The notes under the pieces: model-generated | Seen by the model: the letters and a program-made list of their open reading frames with translations, nothing else | The model's database searches: none | What the model was told of the DNA's origin: nothing | Made by a program: the position numbers and the translations under genes | Source of the DNA: Mizuhopecten yessoensis | Lineage: Eukaryota | Direction of reading: 5' to 3' | Assembly (NCBI RefSeq): GCF_002113885.1 | Contig: NW_018408912.1 | Location: 1 to 64,000, forward strand | DNA: 64,000 nucleotides | Shown: piece by piece, positions 38,866 to 52,890 of the stretch | How the letters are laid out: each line of letters begins with the position of its first letter | How positions within the stretch are numbered: the stretch's first letter is position 1

Positions 38866-41800
38866 TTTGCAGGAGCTTCCTTTTTATGCGCTAACTACTA
38901 GTCCTATGTCACCTGGCTAATATCTCCCTATGTGTGTATGCCTGTGTTCGTGCTGGAGATGTATTGCGTTTGATTGCACTTTGATTCCAGACACACTCCA
39001 TTAAATATAACTTATATATTACCTACCCGACATGACAAAAAGAAGACAAAATTCATTAACATAATGATTTAGATTCAACAAAACAAAACACATTTCAAGC
39101 CAAATTTACCTGAATTCAGATATCTTGTGAATATCGTTGTACTCTCCACTGATGTACTGTTGCTGAGATTTACCTCCACCAGACAGACAGCTGTCTGCAC
39201 CTATCATACTGACAGTGCCAGTATGTAAAGAGACCATTTGAACTCATTATTAATTCCCTAATGGAAACTGTTCACATAACCATTGAAAACCTGCTGTGTT
39301 TCCGAGTGTATTATCTCCCACTACCCAGGTACAGACTATAAATCTGCCTCGTTGTTCGTTACACTCAATAATCACATGGACGTGTCGCTGTCACAATTAG
39401 TGGCCTATAAATGGTCCAACATCCATCAAGCTAGAAAGTCGATAACCGTTTGATTATAAAGAAACAATTACGGTTCACACGCCAATATTTGTCTTATGAC
39501 CACAGGTAGAACACAAGGTTGATTGGTCGTACAGGTAAAATACAGGCAGGTAACACATTGCTTGATAAAGCTCGCTTGGTGATACAGAATATTGACTTAA
39601 CTTGAGAGGCAGTGTATCGTCCGTTCAAAAGAGTAATTTGCAAAAAATCTGAAATATTTAAATCAAGGTCGTTAAGTTGTTGATTTAATCAACTCAAAAA
39701 GATATTAAATAAAGCTTATAAAAATATAATGAAAATGTATATCTATGGAATACACGTCAATAGACGGACTTTCATACATTAATAGCGATTTAATGGTTTA
39801 ATTTTTATTTGTACTGAAATTATTATAACTATCCTCTGCCTATATTAATGTAAACCTAGTAATAGGTATACATGACGTTATGTCTATGAATAAATAGCCT
39901 CCTTAATTTTCTATTTAAAAACATAGAGGTATGAACTAACTTATCTTGTTGAAACCTGTACGCTATTTGCTGGATTTCTGTCCTGGACATATCTAAAACT
40001 TTATCAATTCAGCGTCACACTAGTTACTGTTATCGTAACAGTTCATCACACCTTACATATATTTACACCACAAATAACCCCAGCTATCAGAAAATCCCTA
40101 TATCCGGTAGACCCCGGGCACACTATCAACAATTACTGATGTAGCGAAACGTCGCCAATACCAATATACCTGTGTGTAATACATCAACGTTTAATATGTA
40201 AAGGTATGGCAACAACTGAATAAACAGCAATAAATGAAATCATTATTAAAGCTATGAGGAATAATTGCAATCGCTCAAAATAGAATTTTAGATATTTTTA
40301 TTCCTAAAACTCGTAAATGACTTACTTGCATGAAATTGACAAAGGAATGGTCACCGCCAAGCGGATTGCTGGAACCCCTTACCTTTCCGGGGAACTCACT
40401 GTCTAACAGTTACTGATAGCTTTGTGTGTCCACGGCTGTAATTTCCTTTTTAAGTACCACAAACCTCTAGTAACACTCTTCTGACAGGATACATGGCATC
40501 CTCATAGTAGAGTCATGATCATTTGGTTACGAAAGAAAAATGATGTTGCTATCAGCCAAATTAAACAAAAACAGCAAAAAGGAGCAGTATAAAACATATC
40601 TAAGTTATGAAAAATTATGATTCGCGTTATTTTGTTTAATAATTGTCTAGCAAGAAAATGACATGGACCAAGAAATTATTAGACCTAAAAACGTTTTTAA
40701 TGAAAATATTTGTTTAGGATTAATTTCAGAACTTTACAGGTAATACATCTTTGGTACATCAAAGGCCAAAATCAAAATAGCAGAGCAATTGAACTCTGTC
40801 CAAAGTAATGTGATTTGGCTTGTCTCTACAACTTATAAAGAAAACCTAGCTCATCAAATATCATTAACCACTAATATTTAGGTCGATGAATCTGCATGAA
40901 TATATGACAAGAACGATTGTTTACTTGTGAAGTATTATTAGCATAAACATGTTATGCAAATAAACATTGTCGTTTTTTACTGCATTCTAGTATTCACTAT
41001 CCAAAACAGAGTAAAACGCGACATCAAATTGCTAATAAAAACAATTATTCACCAGGAAGTAATAAAAATAATAAAAATAAAATAAATCGAAAGAAAACAA
41101 ACCCGGGGAATACTATTGCAAACATGAAAAGAAAACATGGACTAAGATATATACAGGACAGTTGGTGAATAGTAAACAACAAATGATAAATCCCAATTCA
41201 ATTTTTGACTTATGAAAAAGAGTATGACAGAAACATCATTGTGTAATAGATGTTTGTAGATACTCGTCTCATTTTAGATTGTCCCCATACCCGCTGTTAT
41301 AGACATTTCTTCGAGATTTCTTTAAACATATGCATATCGATTTCCCATGGTCAAATATCTCCTCCATATTTGGAATGAGTAGATGATAGTTAACGATACG
41401 ATTGTGTAAGCCGGTGTACTTACATCTGTAGCTGTGCACGAACGCATCAATGTACTTCCTTGCAGTCAGTTTCGGGTACAATCCCTGTTGTTTACATATT
41501 TTGACTGTTCCTTGTTTAGCTCTTTTCACCTGATTTGAAAACGTTTAGTAATTATGAAATCACCATCCTCTATCCAATTAATATGTCATTTAGCATATTC
41601 TTTCTCTTGCTGATAAATGTGCTGCTATATATACTGCGGTCCTGCGTGATATCATATACTACTATATCAAAATAAAAAAAATATCTATCCGAATAACACA
41701 TAACAAAATAGAGTCGAAATCAAGAAAAATATCGTTGGTGCTCAAATAGATTTGTTGATCATGTAGTACACGAACATTTTACTCTTCCAGACTACCTCGT

Positions 41801-43179
41801 TTTGATTACTATGCGTTTGTAGAGGTTCTTGACAATTTCATTGTTTCCATGTGTCCATGGTAACTGTCTCTTTTCCTGTCAAGTTTAAGAGTGTTATTTT
41901 CTATTTGACTTTTTGAATTGTATTCCCAGTTAAGGGGAGGTTAGTCTGATGTATGTCTTAAATTAATATTAATTCGCTATTAGTTGTAAGCACCTAAATC
42001 AATTACATACTTTATTCTAAGTTTTTGTATTGATTTAATGTCAAGGATTAGTTAAAGGGGAACACTTAATGGGCCAAATATAATGACAATTAGCAGATAT
42101 CAATATACAAAAAAATAACATTTTAATTCAATAAAAATAAAATAAATGAGTGAATTTTCCCGGCTTATAAATGATCGAAGAGTACACTAAAATGCGTTAG
42201 AAGCTGGTATCAATATATTGTTTTGTAGAATAAAATTGACTAAAATCTATTGCAAGTAGAAAATGCAGAATGGATAAAATTTGGGGAAAACAATTGCACC
42301 TGTATAGATATGTTTGGAAATATTAAACTTTGTTAATCGGCATGGCGTAAATACAAAATAATATTTTCTTTAGATTACCATTGTAACCTAACATTGTAAG
42401 GTGATCATTCTCGCACAGAAGACAATAACTAATATTAAATATAGTTCCTAGCTAGAAATAGACTATATGTACGCCTGTACATACTAGTAACCAGGTAAAG
42501 AGGGTAAGACATGGCCAAATTAAAAATTACAAATAAGATCTGATTTTAGATATAGTTAGCCACATCGATCGCTTGCCTAATAAACAGTGTTCTTAATATC
42601 TTCTGTATGAGGAATCCAATGGTTATTAGCCAATCGTCACCACCACTACCAAATGATGATCAGTATAAATCAGTAAACGAGGACTGGAAATGTTCCTTCG
42701 AGACGTGTGGAAATCCAGTATCCCATATGAAAAAGTAATGATACCCGACGGTTAATTGTACAATGAACTGCAAAATACATTACAACCATGCATTATGTTA
42801 GATCTTCACAACATCTCTGTTGACAGTGCAGTGATGTTGAGAAATGGCATTATTCATTATTTAAAGAACGAACAGAGACAGACCTTACGAATGTTTGTCT
42901 TAGCTAAAATATAGCTTTGTTATTATCTTTTGCACCAAGTTACCATATACGATCACGTACACCTCGATGACATATACTACTCATTGAGCCTTTGAACGAC
43001 TGGCTGGAAAGCATCTTAAATCAAAGGACTTTCTAGTGGTATTTGGTTCTGTGCCTAACACACTTACACAATGTAATGTTAGGTTTGTCATACTTAACCA
43101 CATAATTGTGGTTCAAACTTTCAGTACTTATCTGGAATTTAACTTTAAATTACCGCTATTCTGATTGCGTGATGGATAT

Positions 43180-43318
43180 TTTCTATTAGTTTTATTGATT
43201 AAAGTATATGCTAATTGTATTAATTGTACATCTATGCACTTTAAAGCGCTTTAGAGTGGCTTATGTTAGCTAGATAGGGCGCTATATCAAATAATGTTGT
43301 ATATTATTATTATTATTA
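43180..43318 (+). mobile_element. 3' tail of an L2/CR1-type LINE or derived SINE (copy B)
   Basis: 'taaagcgctttagagtggcttatgttagctagatagggcgctatatcaaat' followed by (TAT)n. Confidence 0.65.
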
Positions 43319-43577
43319 CACGATTTTTACTATCTGAAACCCTCGCTTTATGCCATCTAACAGGTTTTATCTATTTCCGGTTCAGGGAAGAGAGAGCTAG
43401 AATCCCACCAAGGGCTTCCAAAGGCCTACAGTACCATATTATTACTTTGCTTTGGATGTACTTCGAGTTACCCGCCGATCTACAGTTTAGTCTGATCGCA
43501 TGACACCTGTTCGAATTTCTCTCTTGTTTTACATGTTTGACTAACTGACATTTGCTGGGTACACTTTCGTGGATACA

Positions 43578-44155
43578 GTTGATGCTTCCGGTCACTTTTA
43601 GGGCCAGTTAATGTTTCCGGTCACGTTTAGGGTCAGTTAATGCTTCAGGTAATTTTTAGGGCCAGTTAATGTTTCCGGTCACGTTTAGGGTCAGTTAATG
43701 CTTCAGGTCACTTTTAGGGCCAGTTAATGCTTCCGGTCACTTTTAGGGCCAGTTAATGCTTCCGGTCACTTTTAGGGCCAGTTAATGCTTCCGGTCACTT
43801 TTAGGGCCAGTTAATGCTTCCGGTCACTTTTAGGGCCAGTTAATGCTTCCGGTCACTTTTAGGGCCAGTTAATGCTTCCGGTCACTTTTAGGGCCAGTTA
43901 ATGCTTCCGGTCACTTTTAGGGCCAGTTAATGCTTCCGGTCACTTTTAGGGCCAGTTAATGCTTCCGGTCACTTTTAGGGCCAGTTAATGCTTCCGGTCA
44001 CTTTTAGGGCCAGTTAATGCTTCCGGTCACTTTTAGGGCCAGTTAATGCTTCCGGTCACTTTTAGGGCCAGTTAATGCTTCCGGTCACTTTTAGGGCCAG
44101 TTAATGCTTCCGGTCACTTTTAGGGCCAGTTAATGCTTCCGGTCACTTTTAGGGC
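43578..44155. repeat. 29-bp minisatellite, ~20 copies
   Basis: Unit gttaatgcttccggtcacttttagggcca; period 29 measured at 43745/43774. Confidence 0.97.
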
Positions 44156-47100
44156 TGAGATGAGATGAGATGATTGAGTAAAACGTTGCTTGGTCTACAG
44201 AAGCCGTATTGCTTTCATGGACGTATAAAGATAGATACACGCTTTAACTCTTTATTGAAACACTTCGCTTAATGATTAAAAAGATAATTAAATTGTAAAA
44301 TATATTCAACTAAACACGTTTCTATACCATACAGCGTATCTTGTTGTCCACGTGCTGTGATTAAGGATTATAAAAAATATCACCTTGAAATATGAAATAT
44401 GAAAAAAAGAAGAATTTGGTTGGTCGAGAGTCACTTATCAATATGAAGCAAATCTACCCAGACCAAAGAATATGTTTTCTATATAAAGCAGTTTATTACA
44501 AACTATACATTAAATATACACATAGGACAGCTTTACTTTTGACGACTGCGGTACCCCAATAAATCACAAGGGACTTAATGGCTTAGCTGACAACACCTTA
44601 TAATTACACTGCATGACATGTATTAAAGTGTAACGTTATACACCTATGCGTAGGGGCATGTACCTTATATAATCAGTTTGTATACCAATAAATTATTGAC
44701 ATGTTAGTACATTATTTTGTATTCCAAAGTATGAATGTGATTCCGCCTTAAAAGCATCAATGTTTTATACTTTATGTTTATAATTTTAATAGTTATATAT
44801 TTCTGTGCAGGAAATAGTTTTTATAGAACAATCTGTAGAATACAAACATTTTGATGAATTTCAGAATCATTTTAACAGCAAGGAGCATACATCTTCATTG
44901 AAGATTGAGATTATGCTGCTTGTGGTTTGCATGTAAGTCACCTATTTGCTCAATGCACGTGTATCATGCCTTCGGCTAGTTTAAAATCCAATAGGAAGGC
45001 ATATGACACTTGTAAACCAGTTCATCATTAAATACAGGAAAAAACAACCGCATTTAGAAATAAACAACATCCAATAAGGTGTGTATGGTCTTTACAATGC
45101 ATCGTGGGTAATAAGGTGGAACAAACGCTTGTATTTAAGGTGCTAAGGAGAATAAACCAAGCCATAAATGAGCATTTAATTCAGAACAAAGTGGTCGTTG
45201 TTTCAAACACGTAGTTCGATTTACAGTTTGTCGACTGCACTGAAAATAATCTAATAGATAAAAATGGTTACTAATATTATAATACAAGTTCAACAATTCC
45301 AACCTAATTTTTCTTTTATTGTACTCTGTATTTTGGATCAATTATTGTATAAGGGTATTTGTTAGATCCTATGATCCTTTAATATTCTACATACATATGC
45401 ATGTGTACTGGTTATTGTTCAGTGTGATTCATTAAATCTGATTTGAAATGTACTGGTAAAGGTATCTGCTTTAATAAAGATTTAATCGGTCCACCATAAT
45501 CCTGCCACACATGAGCGGCTAGACTAAACAGGTCCTGTGTATTGGGAGCAGGCATTCGTATACTCCGTAAGTCTAGATACCACCAATTGTAACAAGCTTT
45601 AAATCGACAGTATTTCCTCATAGTCTACCAATGATACTTAGGGCTTGGAAAATACTTGTACAGTAGCCATTAAAGTGTTTCACTGCCAGGACAGCGAGCC
45701 CGCCACGGTCATGCCAAGACGTAAGGAACGGGTGTAAGGTGTAACTACCGTTTAATGACGCGACCATGATCGGTAGATACACTGTTATTGTGATACAGAC
45801 TTTTATGAATGGAAAATCCATGACATGAGAACTATTGTAAGTTAACATAAACTATTTACCCCGTGAAAGTGAAGAAGAAACGTAGAAGGATGAAGTAAAA
45901 CTCTATAAACAAACAATGGGCATGTTTCACAAATCTGTATTGTACCAAACCGGAGTGAGCGTGCAGGGTATCTGCTGAGATGGACTAGAAGGAAAATCCT
46001 GTGCTAATAAAGGTAAGTACAATAGGACCGTGCAACCTCATAACTAGTGGTTTTTGAAAGAGTAGTTATTTAAAATACTAGTTATTGATTCTATTTATTG
46101 AAAATAAAGATCGATAAATTGATAGGTGTTTTTGAAAGTAGTTATTAATATTGTAGCGGAGTATAATGTTCTCACACCAACAAATGTCATTTGAAAACTG
46201 GTAGACATTTATATAACTATTGATAGCAGATATTGAGAATAGGTACTTATATTTGATTGAAGTTGTTATAAGCAGTTATTGATAGTATTTATTGGTATTA
46301 GCTATTGATAACAGTAATTGATAGTAGTATTACTTGAAAATTGATTCTTCGTAATCATAGCTGTTAAATTAGAATATAACATCATGTCGTAGTTAGTATT
46401 TTCTTCTCTTATGCTTTTTATTCTGAATATGGTTCAGTTTGCGACCTAAACCATCACAGATCATCGCATTGAAACGTTACATAAGCGAATAGTTGTTTGT
46501 GCCACTAGACACGTTTGTGTAATCCATGAGGCCAACAGAATCAAATGTTTTGACACCTTGTAATTCTCAGTCTTGTTCGGAATTCCTCGTTAGTTACATA
46601 TACAATGTATGTCGGTAGTGTCACGTTCATGTCTTTAAGTGACCATGACCTCGGCTAAACAGTACTCTACCTGTGGTCGGTAAGGTATCCACACGCCCGT
46701 ACGGTTCAGATCCCACAGATACAAGACTTTATGTTATCGGGTTGGCGGGCGCTCATCACCACCCTGACACAATGGGGTCAATCAGGGACAGATCAATAAA
46801 ACACAGGGTACGGGCACCAATGCATTCAATATTTAGCCACATATCTCCGGCTCTAGTCAATCGTCAAACGGAAATATTCATATGTAGGCGGGAGTAATAT
46901 CACAGTAGTTTTGACCCATATTTTATTGATAGCGTACACACTGTTTTCTTTTAATAATTTTAATGTTAAAGAGAACAATATGTTGGTGTAGATGCTCACT
47001 TTAGCCTGCAGACAATTTTGGCGTATCATGACTGATACTTCTATGTTAGGTAATTCAAAGCATGAGATCAAGCAATATCGGTTTAATCATTCAATGGCCT

Positions 47101-48138
47101 ATTTTTATTTCTGTATTTTAAATCATGGTTGCCCCGTTCAAAAACTATTTTGCATTCAAAGCGAACTAATATCCCACATTTTGTTTTCGTTTCAATTAAG
47201 TTGTAAATTGAAAATACTGTCTTGTGTATAGAATGTCTTTTCAAAAAGATGACATATAAATCCAATCGGCCATTATAAAGCAAGGTTACTCAACATGAGT
47301 ATAGCAGTTTCAATATGTATGTAATCCAAATGCTTATCAAGCCCATTCGGGAAGTGATAATATGGTTGTAATTTTAGCAAGAGTGTAAAACCGACTCCTT
47401 TTTACTTGTTCGACCTCTTAGTCACAACACCACGTATTGTTTCTTAACTTTAGCGACGTCACAATCAACATTGTGACTTTCATAGCAATACCGACCAGAG
47501 AAGTAGTCATCACCCCCTGATTTCTCACGAAGGTATTTCAATATCGGCACTGGTATACACATATTTATTTGTAATTTATCGTTGGGGACCAACTTACCTT
47601 CCTGCAATGGCGAAAACACCAAGACGGGTGCTATATGAAGTTACATGACGGGTGTGACAGGATACGGATCATCTGGTTTCTGTGGATTTCATACTGGTTA
47701 TCCTCTTGAAAAGTTGTTTATTATCTTCCTGTCGCTTTCTACTATATCGGCTATGATTTGAACTTTTGTCTCTGCGTGTAGACACTGTGGTGTTTTTCTT
47801 CCTCTTTGTCACTGGTGATACGATGCGTTTTGTGTATGATATCACTTAAACGATCATAACCCCATTACCATACATGGTCAGTTAAACCTACTTATGCTTT
47901 TTTACTGGTTCGGGATACCTGATTGTGTAACAATTTAATCCTATATAACCTTGCCTCAATTTCACTAACATTCTCTCACTTAAGGGAATCGCTTACGTTT
48001 TTTATACGAAAGCATTGGAGCTAAGCAACGTTAATAAAATTAGGGTGATGATGCCTTTTTATTAGGAACAATATGGTTAACAGTGCAAGATTTTTTTGTT
48101 CTGCTAACACAAATCGGATATCAGTCAGTGTTTGATGA

Positions 48139-48880
48139 GATACCCCCGCAAGGAAGTTAGGGTGTATACTCGAATCAGCTTGTCTGCCCGTCTGTCTGTC
48201 TGTCCGTAAAAAGATTTTGTCCGGACAACTCCTTCTCAAGTACATGTAATGGACCGATTTCAACGAAACTTTTCAGATAAGATAACTACCACCTGAAGTT
48301 GTGCATCAATGTATTATTTTTTCATTCTGACCTTTCTTTTTACGAATTTATTGCCCTTTGTTGAAAAAAATCCTTAAACATTTTGTCCGGACAACTCCTT
48401 CTCAAGTTATGGATCGATTTCAACGAAACTTTTTTTATGGAGTTATGGCCCTTTCTTGAAAAATTCTTGTCCTGACAACTTTTTCTAATCTACTGGGCCA
48501 ATTTCATTTTTTATTTACAGATATTGTAACTATCCCCTGACGTTGTGCATATAAGAAGTGCTTTTTATTCCAACCTTTTAAAAGGAATTATGACCCTTTG
48601 TTGAATAAACCTTTGTCTACCTCATAAAGTACTGGGCCGATTTCAATGAAAGTTTACAGATATTGTAATTACCCCCTGATGTCGTGCATCAGGCTAGTAT
48701 TCTTTTCATTTCGACCCTTTCTAAGGAGTTATGGCCCTTTGTTAAAAATCTTTATCCTGACACAATCTCCTTAACTAATAGGACAATTTTAGTAAAACTG
48801 GTTCATCTGGGCTAACAAATTTGGTAAGTAAGTATGTTTTGGCAAGGGGAAGGAGTACAGGAAGTATGTCAGTGACCAGT
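48139..48880 (+). mobile_element. Non-autonomous Helentron/DINE-1-like (HINE) element
   Basis: Starts 'atacccccgcaaggaagttagggtgtatact', then a (GTCT/GTCC)n microsatellite, then about four tandem core repeats ('ttgtccggacaactcct...ccgatttcaacgaaactt...gagttatggccctt'). Confidence 0.75.
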
Positions 48881-49559
48881 ATACTTAAATAAGTGTACAT
48901 CTCTGTCAATAAAGAAATCATTACTGGTGAGAGACTATGGATTGCTTTGCAATGTTTTGCCTTAGTAAGCCTTAAGCTTACAGTTCTGGTTTATATAGCA
49001 GCAAGGGTATTAGTTAGCCATTGGCTTACAGTTTTAGTTTTAGTTTTAGAATTGTTCCAGTAAACCAAAAGGTATCTCAATTCAGTCACTATAACATAGA
49101 ACTAAAACAGATTGATTAACGAGGATTGGAGGTATATTATTCATGCTATCAGTAATACCTGATTTTTGTTATTGTCTTTAAATGTATTTCTCCTGGGCTT
49201 TTTTTTAATTCCCCTTTTCATGTTCATATTCCTTTAACCATCCTTCTACCTATACAATCCTCATTCCATTTCTTTTGCGGTATCTGGCAATGTCATTGTA
49301 TGGTCCTGAGTATTCACTACTGGTAAGAGTAACCAGTTAATGTTTAGATTAAGTATCGAATGAATATATTCATAATAAATGCCATTCTATGGTAACGTCA
49401 ATTCTTTATTCAGAAATATAATAACTTCCGTAGGAAATGTTTACATCGTACTGCCAGCAGTTGTTATAAAGGAAAGGCATATATACATGCATTTGTTTGT
49501 GATGGCTAGGCTTAATGCATTCAAGAGCCTATGGTAGGGTTTCTCTGTGTTACTGTCTG

Positions 49560-49990
49560 GTACATTGACACAAATACAAGAAACATCGGTAGGCTAGAAA
49601 TGCATACAAGTACCAAGGGAGGGGTTAATCTGTATTACTACTCTGTGCAAAGGCAAGCATACAAGAACGATGGGTAGGCTCGACAGACATACATAACTAC
49701 CTGGTACATAGACAGGCATACAAGAAACATAGATAGGCTAGACAGGCATACAAGAATATAGGGTAGGGTTACTAAGTATAACTGCCTGGTACAAAGACAA
49801 GCATACAAGAAACAAAGGTAGGCTAGACAGGCATACAAGAATAAATGATAATGTTACTAAACATAACTGACTGGTTTATATACAGGCATACAAGAACGAT
49901 AGGTAGGCAAGACATGCATACACGAATAAAGAGTAGTGGCACTCTGTACTATTGACTGATATAAATACAGTAATACAAGAAACATGGGTA
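49560..49990. repeat. Degenerate tandem repeat
   Basis: Recurring 'caggcatacaagaa...taggctaga'. Confidence 0.7.
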
Positions 49991-50562
49991 GGATTACTCT
50001 GTATTACTAGTTAAAAGACAAATTTACATAACGTATACTGTTGGCAGGGCTGATTTATAATTTTTTGTTGAAATATATAAACTTACTGTTTAAAAATATG
50101 TTTGAACTCACCCACAAATAACTGCTACATTTTTCAAAGAAATATAGGTATAACGATGCATGTTATGTATATATATTAAGATCAGACTTGTTTGTCTAGG
50201 CGCCAAGTTTAAATTTTATGATGATACAAATGATATGACACAGTAAAGAATATTACTTAGACCTGCATTCAAATAGAAACACCAAAATTGCTATGCAGTA
50301 TCCACTTTGATATTACTTCAAGCATACGTCTGAATAGTATGTATATGGAAGTCACAATGGGTACATGGATGTATGGTAGTGTTATAATTATCATTGGCTT
50401 GTTACTTAGTTGTACATTTTTAAGGTTTATAATCATATTTAAATATCCTTTGATTTAAGGGATTTACTAAAACTTTTTGTTATTTTGTTCTGTTCTATAT
50501 TGTTTTCATAAAAAACAGTTTAAGTAAGAAGACATTCAAGGAATGTTTACGTCGGATACTAC

Positions 50563-50597
<35 letters not shown>

Positions 50598-52412
50598 TAA
50601 TAGACTTTATTTAAATTCGATAACACATTGAGTCAATGACTCGTCTCACATGTGGTCGACATAAAATGTGCAATATTTACAACATGGATATGACATACAC
50701 GTACATACATAAGAAATTAAGTAACATATCACAGGTAATAAAACATTGTATTATTTTTAAAACAAAAAACAAAAAACAACAACACACTCCTGCATCGTGT
50801 ATCCAATAACAAAACTACGTAATACATATCACAGATATATTGGTATGTGATATCACACAGGCTTACAATAAAATATGTCACACGTGTATTGGAAAATAAA
50901 AAGTTGGCTAAATATCATGCAATGCATAAATTCTCATGCTGCATTTTAGAAGATTTAAGAAACGCATAATGCGTCTAATATACATACATGTCATTGTGAC
51001 AAAGGGTAAAAAATTACAGAATATACGCTAATGTAGCGTGAGTTAATACCAAAGTGTTGATTAGGGCATTAGGAATAGTAATTAAGATAAATTCTAAAAC
51101 TTCATTTAGATACACGTGTGTCATATTCCAGGTACTACAGCAGATAGATATTTCAGGAGGGAAAGGGGGTGCAGATTTTTAATTTTCTTTACACTTGTCT
51201 TTATAGATTACATTGAGATGTTTTTTGCACTCGAACTTAAAACTGTTTAGTGATTGGCATTTAGAGACAGTGGTTGGCAAATTGTTCCAGAGTGTCGGTC
51301 CATTATATTTAAAAGAGCTTTTGAATTTTTCCGTTTTGTGTTTGGGTACAACATATCTACCTGCCGCAGCTGACCTGGTTTGGATAGTATGGACATTGCT
51401 CACAAGAGTATTGCAGTCTAGGTAATTTGGACATAGCTTGTTTATTACTTTAAACATCAGAACACATTCGTTATATTCAACTCTGTACGTAAAAGGCAGC
51501 CATTTTAGTTTTACAAACAGCTGTGCACCGGGAACAGTATAGTCGGCATCTAGTATAATCCGCAGTGCTCGTTTTTGAATTCTTTCAAGTTTGTGTACCA
51601 GTTTTTGAGAGCAATGTCCCCAAACGTTCGAGCAAAAGTCAATATATGGTAGTATAAAACAGTTGTGGAAAGTGATTCTTGCCGATACTGGTAAGAATTT
51701 CTTTATTCTACATAGTTGATAAATTTTATAATTAAGTTTCTTTAGGACGTCTTGTACATGTTTTTCCCAAGTTAGGGTGTCATCAATACGAACGCCTAAC
51801 AGTTTTTCATTTTGTACAACTTCCAAGTTTGAATTTTCAGCTATAATATTTAGATTTTTCTTTAGTCTCTGTTTTTTTTTCTTACTTCCAATTAACATTA
51901 CTTTGGTTTTATCAGTATTTATGACCATTTTGTTGACATCACACCATTTCTTTACATGATTAAAATCCGTTTGTAGACATGATTCGATAACATCCAAATT
52001 TGTGTCTGCTTTTTGCATTGAAGTATCATCTGCATACATAAAAAGTTCACAATGTTTTGAGCAGAGTGGCAGATCATTGACATATAATAAAAACATCAAA
52101 GGCCCAATTATGGAACCTTGAGGTACACCAGTTGTAATTTCACAGGCATCACTTAAAGAACTTTTGAAAGATACTTTCTGAAATCTGTTTGAAAGGTATG
52201 AGGTAAAAAACATGATGGAATTTTCAGAGCATCCATATATATTCATTTTCTGGAGTAGTATCTTATGGTCAACAAGGTCAAAAGCCTTACGAAAATCAAT
52301 ATACATTACACCGATGAGGTTTCCCTTGTCCAATTCATCATACCATCTATTTGTAAGTGCAGGAAGAGCAGTTTGACATGAATGCATATTTCGAAATCCT
52401 GATTGATTCTCA
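50563..52412 (-). mobile_element. 5'-truncated L2/CR1-group LINE with 3'UTR and (TAT)n tail
   Basis: The RT frame starts mid-domain (ENQSGFR). The 3'UTR ends with the stem-loop gagtc-aat-gactc (50630-50642), an AATAAA and a (TAT)n tail at 50563-50601. Confidence 0.92.
51179..52387 (-). CDS. LINE ORF2 fragment: reverse transcriptase and C-terminal region (endonuclease missing)
   Basis: Motifs DFRKAFDLVDH, GVPQGSIIGPLMFLLYVNDL, YADD, KLLGV.ID..L.W and LERIQKRALR in an uninterrupted 402-codon frame. Confidence 0.93.
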   Translation of the reverse strand: MHSCQTALPALTNRWYDELDKGNLIGVMYIDFRKAFDLVDHKILLQKMNIYGCSENSIMFFTSYLSNRFQKVSFKSSLSDACEITTGVPQGSIIGPLMFLLYVNDLPLCSKHCELFMYADDTSMQKADTNLDVIESCLQTDFNHVKKWCDVNKMVINTDKTKVMLIGSKKKKQRLKKNLNIIAENSNLEVVQNEKLLGVRIDDTLTWEKHVQDVLKKLNYKIYQLCRIKKFLPVSARITFHNCFILPYIDFCSNVWGHCSQKLVHKLERIQKRALRIILDADYTVPGAQLFVKLKWLPFTYRVEYNECVLMFKVINKLCPNYLDCNTLVSNVHTIQTRSAAAGRYVVPKHKTEKFKSSFKYNGPTLWNNLPTTVSKCQSLNSFKFECKKHLNVIYKDKCKEN

Positions 52413-52748
52413 ATTGTGATGCCTTTAGTACTACTGTAAATAAAATCAAGGTTCTTTGGTTTTTGTCGTCAGGTAAAAGAAAACAAACAAAAACTAAACA
52501 AAAAAATATTAAAACACAAAGCAAAAGACAAAACAAAACACGTTACTATCGACGTGCTTTTTGCTTGTGTTATGTATATGATTTAACAAGTTTTGGCTTA
52601 CAAACATTCTCTTGAATTTGCCAAACATAACAGACTTATACTTTATCATCTATAATTGAAATACAAATTTTGGTACAAACTTCTTGTTCTCTAAATATAC
52701 ATTTGCAGTTCACGGTTTTGTTTTCATTTAGGTGTTTTCTTGTTTTCC

Positions 52749-52890
52749 TAACGATACACTGCTATATTATTATAATACCATCACTTAACGATACACTGCT
52801 ATATTATCATAATAACATCACTTAACGATACACTGCTATATTATCATAATACCATCACTTAACGATACACTGCTGTATTATCATAATACA
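52749..52890. repeat. 37-bp tandem repeat, ~3.8 copies
   Basis: Unit aacgatacactgctatattatcataataccatcactt. Confidence 0.9.

Noticed and set aside
41269-41529. 86-codon minus-strand ORF behind a splice acceptor
   Set aside because: No recognisable protein and no phase-matched partner exon; at best a UTR exon.
14840-44155. Tandem arrays of 29-44 bp considered as CRISPR arrays
   Set aside because: Units are head-to-tail with no unique spacers, there are no cas genes, and the context is eukaryotic.
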